64,000 bases of DNA from Microthyrium microscopicum (lineage: Eukaryota): the NCBI GenBank assembly GCA_010405405.1, contig MU004235.1, positions 2,038,506 through 2,102,505 on the forward strand, read 5' to 3'. Numbering within the stretch: position 1 is the first letter of the stretch; every line of letters starts with the position of its first letter. Below, in pieces: positions 56,226 through 64,000 of the stretch. The notes beneath the pieces are model-generated. The model ran no database searches, was not told the DNA's origin, and worked only from the letters and a program-made list of their open reading frames with translations. The translations under genes and the position numbers were made by a program.

Positions 56226-57460
56226 ATGAAGGCGTTGAGCCTCTCCGTCGTCGAATGATAAATATGATGTACAAATTTGAGACCGAACTGTACAGAGCTA
56301 CTCAATCTGATGCTAAAGAGCCATTGGGAGCTATCGATATTGTGGTCGACCGAAATGGTACACACTCTAGCACTACCACCGTGTCCTCTACTAATCCGTG
56401 AAGGTAGAACATTGTATCATCATGCAGAAGGGCGTCAATGTCTAGCAGAAACTTCACCACCAATCTACAATGACAGTACTTTCCAGATGAGATCGGCGGG
56501 AAAGACCATGATCCACGTAGCAGCTTTACAATGTGTTGAGCGAGGATTGTCACGTTGAATGAGCTAATTCATGAACATCTTCCAGAGCTTGGAAGACTGG
56601 AGATCATATCGAACGGAGCTTCACCTGGTAAATTTTCACTCTTGCGACCAGAAAAGAAGATCAGCCTACGTCAACTTCTGACACATTCCAGTGGTGTTGG
56701 CTACTCGGGTCATGCTCTGCTGGAGGAATGGAAGAATCTGACAGGAGGATATCCCTCTATCAATGACGCATCTGGAATCAAGCCTTTTACAGCCCCGCTA
56801 CTGTTTGGACCTGGCGAGGGTTGGTCATATGGAGCCAGTATTGAATGGACAGTTATATTGCTTGCTCGATTGACTAAGAAACCATTGCCTCAGTATATCG
56901 ATGAGAACATATTTGGCCCACTCGACATGAATTCCTCGACATTTGCACCTCAGGGTCGCAAAGACATCAGCTCCAATATGCTCCAAATGGTGAGAGGACA
57001 AGGTACAGAGCTCTTGTCTGTGGAGGGCATGATATCCGCGCCAGTATGCAGTATATCAGATGTCACAAGGCTACTTTCAGATCTCATCTCCCAAGATCTT
57101 GGAGAAAGATACTGCGAGGCTGTTATTCGCGCCTCAATTTTCTGTTTCCAGCAAAGCGCGATATAGCCTGCGCCACGATACCGAAAACTACGCAGCACCC
57201 GCTAGGCTATAAGCAATATCAACGAAGTTCCTGTCAGCTACTGCATGGCTGGACTAGTGATCGATAAGAAGCTGCCGCTCTCACATTCGCCCGCAGGAAC
57301 TGTAACTTGCAATGGTATGCCAAACGTCGTTTGGGCAGTGAATGAAATGGAGGGCCTTGTTATGCTTTTCATGGCTCAGCTTCTACCAGTAGATGATGAA
57401 AGAGCGGTGGATTAGCCATGTCGTTCTTCGCTGGAGCGTGCAAAAGGTTTGAACGAACAG
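56226..57460 (+). pseudogene. Beta-lactamase/LovD-like serine hydrolase pseudogene
   Basis: SAGK (SxxK), AALQCVERGL, LRQLLTHSSGVGY, PLLFGPGEGWSYG; frameshifts near 56555 and 57100 and in-frame stops. Confidence 0.8.
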
Positions 57461-59345
57461 GCAATAAAACAAATTATGTGACTGGTTTTATTGAAAGTTC
57501 TTAGGTTTATAAGCCCATCAACCAGCTTTCGAAAAGTTGACCGAAGCTAAATATGTAATGAAGATACATATACTGTGAAAACATACTGTCCTATCAAGCA
57601 TAAAAGTAGAAAATCAAGTTGGTGGCATGCAGATGAAACGATGATTGGGCGCTTAAGGATTTTGCAGCTAATAGCAAATTAGCATTGGGCGGCGAAGGTT
57701 TCAAGACTGCGCCTCCCAGCCTCCTAGATGGCTTAACTGGTTTCAACTAGGAGTACAGTATGGAGGTTCCGGGAAAACCTTAAGTAATGGTATTGTCCTG
57801 ATTTTGTTATTGTTGCTTCAAGCTTTGTGCTCATCCTCACATTATCACTCTCGGAAGTCGTTGACAGCATGCTAGAGACTTGGCGTATAGTGCTGCTAGT
57901 CTTGGCGATTATCGTATTCATTGGGTCGATATTCGTATACATAAGAAAAAAGGCGCAAAGAGGTTGGTTTACTGATTGTTTATTTTACGGAAGCTAATAT
58001 TGAAAAGACCTAGACCGGTCGGAGCGCCAGGCCCAATGGTACGGCGCAGTTTGAGTTGATGATCGGCCGCGATACTAAGGGTACGCATCTCTTGAGGAAG
58101 AAAGAAGCAGAATGTAAGCAAAATTGTTTCAACAGGCTATTTTGAACTGACCATTATATCAGAGGTACATGTAGCGTGTTTGGCCAAACATAAGGAAAGT
58201 TGTACGGAGACAACGAACTCGCTGAATAGCTTGAAAACAAGCTCTAAACTTCAACACAAATGATGTGTCTATAATTATAATGGATTCGAACTTCTGGCGC
58301 CATAGACATATCTTTGCATCTGTGCCTTGAGAAGTTACATTGCATGTCTAAATCTTTCTAAGCCTTTGATTTTTTGAGAGTCTCAAATTGCTTAAACAAT
58401 GCGTTCAACCACTGGTCCCCATTGGTTTTTGACTGCCAAAGAAACTCAATCAAGCGTGGAGTTGTAGCTCAACTAAAAGTGTCCATGCGTGGTTGGAGTC
58501 ATGCTCTCCTGCAAAGCTCACTATCGTGACTTCCACGTTGGACACCACTTGCCGCGCCTTCGCCAGTTGCTTCCGTCTCTCCCTAAGTATTTCCTTCCTC
58601 GATTTCGCCTGGTTGTCCTTGCTACTTTACGAAGGAGGTACTAGCCTGGGCATACACACAAGAGCCCCAGACTTTATAAATTCCACAAGCATATGCATGC
58701 AGCATGTTTGAACAATCCTTCTCCCACATCTACTATTGGACTTCAAGTTAATCTTAGTAGAATGAAGTTGAGCTAGAAGAGAAAAACTCTCATGATGAAG
58801 TGAAGTCAGGTAGTGTTAGACTGGTCAAAAGGAAATTGCATTAATTATGATTGTGGCAGAACTAAGAATCTCTCTATACAAATATACCCAAAACAACCGA
58901 CCATGAGGATATCGCAGGCCTTAGATTCCCGTTAACATGTTCCCATCACATCTTGACCCAGCATCAAGATTGCTGTAGGCACGCTCCCATGTATTCCCGG
59001 TTATATCATCTCACGCAGTACCATCCAATACGCACGGGCAAGGAGCTTTAGTGCTGACATGTAGCGGCAACCTAATTACCACTGAAGGCAATTATGGACT
59101 GAACAATTTAGACCAAACGATCTTTCAGTTTGGTGAGAAATTCTTACCGAGTTTTGAGAGGTATGTAAGCTGAAGTCTCCCAACATTATCCTTTCATCCC
59201 GCTGCAGGAGGCATTCAGTTACTTAGTAAATAATCTCTTCCAAAATCAATTACCTGCATTCCACCCAACCTCCTGGATTTACTCCTAGCGATCTTCGACC
59301 CGATTCTGTATCTCTGCCGTCGTCCACAGGCGTACTTCCTACACG

Positions 59346-60185
59346 ATGTCACTCAACTCTTTCGCGCACTTGTACGAGGAGGCCACAATTGACGCCGCTC
59401 GAGTTCCAATCTTAGTAATTATAAAGGAACATCTTCCTCCTCTCCTTCCAGACCTCCATATTTTGGATCTCGCATGTGGCTCTGGATCGGTAACCCGAGT
59501 CATCTACGAGCACTGCGAAGCAGAGCACATCCAGCCTCCACAGATCACAGCAGTTGACGTTGGACCTAATTTCATCGAAGCTTTCAACGAGAATAAGAAG
59601 GCCAGGAACTGGCACACAGCGGAAGGTCTCGTTGGCGATGCTTCAGACTTATCAATGCTACAAGATAACACATTTGATGTTGTTATCATGAGTTTTGGTC
59701 TTTTTGTGGTCAAGGACGCTGTCGCCAGCAAGGCTGCTGGGGAAATACTTCGCGTCCTGAAACCAAAAGGAATACTGGCTACTACGGCCTGGAAAGAGTC
59801 TTGGGTTGAGCGAATGCTTACTGGACTTAGCAAGGCTGTCGGCCGTCCTGAAGATGAGGCTCCACGATTCAATATAGGAAAGTGGTTGAAGATGGAAACC
59901 ACTAGAGACACTCTTGTCGCTGGAGGATTCGAGGTTGATAAAATTCAGCCATTGACGGTTGACTACTACTTCACTTTCAAAACAGTGGATGAGTTTCAAG
60001 GCCAATTCAGCACTCCGTTCTGGCTTGGAATAGGTGCTCAGAACTGGACTACAGAACAAAAGGAGCAATGGAGACCTGCGATTGCAGGGCTTTTAACAGA
60101 GAACGAAAAAGAGACTGGAAGAGTCCCGTCACATATGTGGCTCTTCGTTGCCAAAAAAATGATAGCGAGAAATGTCGTTGTCTAG
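59346..60185 (+). CDS. Class I SAM-dependent methyltransferase
   Basis: ILDLACGSG motif I, FDVVIMSFGLF, EILRVLKPKG. Confidence 0.9.
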   Translation: MSLNSFAHLYEEATIDAARVPILVIIKEHLPPLLPDLHILDLACGSGSVTRVIYEHCEAEHIQPPQITAVDVGPNFIEAFNENKKARNWHTAEGLVGDASDLSMLQDNTFDVVIMSFGLFVVKDAVASKAAGEILRVLKPKGILATTAWKESWVERMLTGLSKAVGRPEDEAPRFNIGKWLKMETTRDTLVAGGFEVDKIQPLTVDYYFTFKTVDEFQGQFSTPFWLGIGAQNWTTEQKEQWRPAIAGLLTENEKETGRVPSHMWLFVAKKMIARNVVV

Positions 60186-60683
60186 GATTACATGTTTCCG
60201 TTCTCAACCAAACTACAATGAGTATGAAAACCCATGATCATTAAGGTTTATGTCCTAGTGTTTCGCAGGTGATTGGGAGGTGCTAATTCAGGGTTTCGCA
60301 AATTTTCTGATGTGTAACTAGGTTGTTGGTAGGCTGAGCATGTTTATATGTGGAAATAATGTGCTGCCTACTGGCGGACTCATTGTACAGTATACCTTCC
60401 CTAAAGGGTTCCGTCCATTCTCGTACTCCTCCTCGTTACGCGAGTAAGCACTAAGCCATTCAGATTGCGTAGTACTGGGCTTCCCTTGGCAGCCTTGACT
60501 AGATCTCAGATGACCTCTCTCTTTTGCTTACCTTATTGTTTGTATGAAGGCTCCGCACCTACGTATCGACTAATAAATCGTGTAAAGGTAACTTCTCTCG
60601 CGACGGCGTACCTGAACTGGTTTCTGTGTAGGTAAGACTCTTCATAGTTCAGCCAACTGACCTAATGAACGAATTTAGAAGCT

Positions 60684-62177
60684 ATGACCGCCGAAAATAC
60701 CCCTATCGACTCCGGATTAGAAGTTGTACGTCGGTCAACAGATCTGCCAGAGGTGGTTAACCATCCACCAGCGCCCGAATTTCAAATTGGAGAGCGCTAT
60801 GAGAAGGGTCAAAGTGGTGCATTACCGCCTGAATATACCGATCAACATCCAGGAGCCCCTACCAAACCGCGTCGCAAAAGAACTCTCTGGATCGTCTTCG
60901 CGGTACTATTCATAATCGTTGCTATTGTTGCTATTGTGGTAGGCGTCGTATTAGGAACAAGGGAAAGTAAAGATACTACCAAGAGTGGGAGTACCGCAGG
61001 TTCATCAAGTGGCGATATAAATACAACTCTACTACGAAAAAACTCGCCGCTAGCAGTGACAGGATGGAGAAACGGTTCCAGTTTGAATGTAAGGCTATTC
61101 TACCAAGGCGACGATGGGAATATACGGATGAATGGATACGAGTCTGGAAGTAAAAAGTGGACTGCTTCACCACCAATAGACACCGCAAAGGCAGGCACAG
61201 CTCTTGCCGCTTCATGTTTCAATGCAAGCAATTTCTTCGCGGCTCCGAATGCCACGGGTTCTAGTTCGCTCCTTGTCAGTTCATCTAGGTTGGTCCTCTT
61301 CAACAACAATGAGCTGACTCTTTACTAGTATTTTCAGATAGAGCTATTTTACACAAATAACGCCAGTTTAATAAAAGAGTGGAACTTTAACGAAAGCTCT
61401 GACACCGGAGCGAGTGGTAGCATCTCTAGTCTTACTTTTCGAACTGGCGCTTCATCCCGAATGTCCTCATACTGGCCAAGTCTCGTCTTTCAGGATGACT
61501 CTGGAACATTGACTGAGATATTTTACAACTCGTCCGTCTCGCAGCAAGCATGGAATCAGCGAGGACTAGGACTTGTTGGCAGAAACAATTCCGGATTAGC
61601 AGAGGTTCCATTAACAACCAATTTGGCGCAAAATACAAACACACCAGTGGACTTCGGGATGGGGATCTTCTACCAGAGAGATGATTTCAAACCTTTTGAT
61701 GCCACAAGAGGAACCAATTTAGGCGCATGGTCAGCAAGTGAGTAATTCTTTATGCATGGAACACAATTCCTCCTAGACACACAAGAAAAAACCAGTTCTG
61801 ATACTCATGCAGATAATTTAAATGTTTCAATTCCTCAGAACTCTTCGATAGGCTCCTTTTCTGTCCCTCGAGCTGGGGACTCAGCGAAGAGGACAAATCT
61901 TTACGTTCTATGGCAGGATGCGTCAGGCAACATTCAATATAACTGGCAAGATGACAACTCAGGGTGGAAAGGCCCGGCTACTTCAGACGCTTTGAAAGGA
62001 GCAGACCTTGGCACCTCAATTGCATGCCTCACGCCTACAATCTGGCCAGTCACAGATCTACAGCCCAAATTTGACTTGAGCAGGTGTTACTATCAGGTTG
62101 GCGGAAGCCTACGCGAAGTTCAATTCGACGGATCTAACTGGAACGTATTGGGATTTGTGCCGTTGACAGGATCGTGA
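60684..62177 (+). CDS. Type II membrane protein with fucose-specific-lectin-like beta-propeller; introns ~61275-61329 and ~61739-61813
   Basis: TM LWIVFAVLFIIVAIVAIVVGVVLG; repeats SPLAVTGW...RLFYQGDDGNIR, GTALAA, LYVLWQDASGNIQ, GTSIAC, YYQVGGSLREV. Confidence 0.75.
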
Positions 62178-62299
62178 GACGAAATGAAGGGCTTGCAATT
62201 CTAACATCCTGCATTAGCGGGCGCGTTGGTCAATCTTTGAAGAATTATAATACTAGATGAAAGATATTTATGCCCAAAACCGGAATCCCGAACGCTGTC

Positions 62300-63140
62300 A
62301 TGTTCAAGCTGCTCTGAATTGCACATCGATTTTGCTCAATGCCAAAACTATGCGCACTTATCCAGCTCACAAAAGCCTTTTAGCTATCCAGCCCCAAATG
62401 TTTACCCGATCCATTGTTTCTAGCAATATCTGTGCAGCGGCAATCCCCCGTCTATTACCCAGATTAACCGAGTGGATAAACGGGGGACTTACAAGCTTCA
62501 AAAGAAGCAATGCCCCGCCGAACGATATATCAAGAGTCGCCCTATCACAGATTAGCGGCGTGGTTTGCAAAGCCTCCAGTGGACACATAAGTGCCCACAG
62601 CGGAAACATTCATTGCTCAAGTTGTTCGTTCAACATTGTACCTCATCCAACACCCTACCGCCCTTAAACCTTGCGTCAGATTGAACTGGTGTCGCAAGTC
62701 CATTGTTGGATTAATCACAAAGATTTGACTTTGTATCAGTTCGAAAGAACCGAGTGTCTCTAATCAGGTATCTAGTTAAAGAACCTGAAAAGATAGTCAC
62801 CGCCGCCCTCTTGAGACCGCACGACAACGTTATACTCGTAGCAGAACCGCAAGTACCCAACCCGCTTCGAGAGCAGGGATTTGTCAATGACACGAATGTC
62901 TGACGCGACCCTCGAAAGGACCGGCAGCCCTCGAAAGGACCGGCGGCCCTCGAAAGGGCCGCAAGGAGGGAGGAGGAGGATTGCAGTCAGTTGCAAGCTA
63001 AGCTAATCTACGGAGGCTCGTCACGTAGATGAAAATTTGTTGTTGATTGTTGTGGAGTGGTAAAGGAAAGCAGCGGGGAAGGTTTTTGTTTTGAGGCGAC
63101 GAGACGACGAAGGCAAATTTCTCTGTGGGAGGGGCAAATA
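62300..63140 (-). ncRNA. Candidate structured non-coding RNA (unassigned)
   Basis: About ten hairpins read by eye on the minus strand, four with UUCG loops, many G.U pairs; upstream TATA-like and pyrimidine/CA-rich leader; no convincing ATG ORF. Confidence 0.45.
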
Positions 63141-63707
63141 TAGCTTGGACCTTTTTATTGTGATAGTTGAAGGAACAATTGCCAATACTGGCATTTGAGG
63201 AAGGAGCTCACGAGCTGTTGTTGGTCTTAGGCAAGAGCAGCTCAGATGTGGCAGCCGCGACACACAGGTTATGGCAAGCACCAAGGACTTAGCAAATTGC
63301 AAGGCAACTTCTTATTACCAACAGAGAAGCCACCCCATTTCCAACAGTCTAGAGAGCATGCTGTTGCATTTTTCAAGCCTTGCATTGATGTACGAACCTT
63401 TCATAAGGCTAGGAATTTCAGCCTTGTGCTATTTCATCACTGGGCTCTGATTGGACAACCAATATCACAGGGGTTTTATTCCCGATAAGGTTACTATTTC
63501 AGACAGTGTAAGGAAGTAGTCAAAGTCTTGGAATTTAGATTGTCTATAAAGTTAGCTAATCAGTAGGCAGCTTATCTCCCATGGTGGAGAACGGCGAACT
63601 CCGCCTCTTGTGCTCCAGTACTTCTTCTTATTCTTTACCCATCTCGACATCATAACAAGGCTTGCTTCAAGTACATCAGATAATATTGAGGTCGTTGCAA
63701 AAGCAAA

Positions 63708-64000
63708 ATGGGTTCCCAGCCGGTTCAATTCAGCATCCCAACAGTCGATTTATCTACATATCTCCGCGACCCTGAAGCAGAGCAAGCGAATGAAATCGTG
63801 TCAGCCATTAGAGACGCTTGTATCACAAGCGGATTCTTCCAAATAACCGGACATGGCATATCTACAGAGCTGCAGGACGCAGTGTTCAAGAGCGCGGAAG
63901 TCGTATTCAAGCTCCCAGTAGAAGAGAAGATCAAGCTCCAATCGGCCACAGATGGCCGAGGCTACGAAGTAATCGGAGCACAAACACTGGAGGTCGGGAT
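63708..64000 (+). CDS. 2OG-Fe(II) dioxygenase (IPNS/DIOX_N family), runs off the window
   Basis: IPTVDLSTYL...AIRDACITSGFFQITGHGIS...FKLPVEEK...RGYEVIGAQTLE. Confidence 0.9.
   Translation, partial: MGSQPVQFSIPTVDLSTYLRDPEAEQANEIVSAIRDACITSGFFQITGHGISTELQDAVFKSAEVVFKLPVEEKIKLQSATDGRGYEVIGAQTLEVG

Noticed and set aside
58021..58075. tRNA-like D-arm (GGCCCAATGGTACGGCG)
   Set aside because: No T-arm GTTCRA or acceptor-stem pairing
62899..62962. Hammerhead ribozyme (CTGA...GAAA on the plus strand)
   Set aside because: Core is CTGACGCGA, not CUGANGA, and the stems do not fit the hammerhead topology
62200..63140. Telomerase RNA (minus-strand ATAAGT at ~62356 and a downstream GCTAAT-GCAG resemble Pezizomycotina TER 3' processing signals)
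   Set aside because: No TAACCCTAA-type template found, and the interval is short for known filamentous-fungal TERs

Overview
Filamentous ascomycete (Pezizomycotina) genomic DNA in two compartments. (1) 1-~16045 is an AT-rich block with a heavy RIP signature (C>T/G>A, TpA-rich) and two assembly gaps. It holds a complete 7.2-kb Ty3/Gypsy chromovirus (LTRs 457-682 and 7463-7688, TSD CTAAT) nested in the protease region of a second chromovirus, a foldback-like array of repeated motifs, and a probable hAT remnant. (2) ~16050-64000 is GC-balanced and carries intron-containing genes: INSIG, a DUF7703-like membrane protein, TPR-DUF4470, an MDR oxidoreductase, a putative GPI protein, bZIP-DUF3425, a synaptojanin-like phosphatase, RPB6, GFA1, BIG1/VOA1-like, a DUF2235 hydrolase, two 2OG-Fe(II) oxygenases, a methyltransferase and a membrane-anchored lectin. 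It also has two pseudogenes, an intact hAT MITE and an orphan ORF starting MGCC. The most unusual signal is a ~0.8-kb minus-strand interval (~62300-63140) with no convincing protein-coding ORF, densely packed with hairpins (four UUCG loops, G.U pairs that work only on the minus strand); it is a candidate unassigned structured ncRNA. All calls come from reading the sequence by eye; no searches or folding programs were run.
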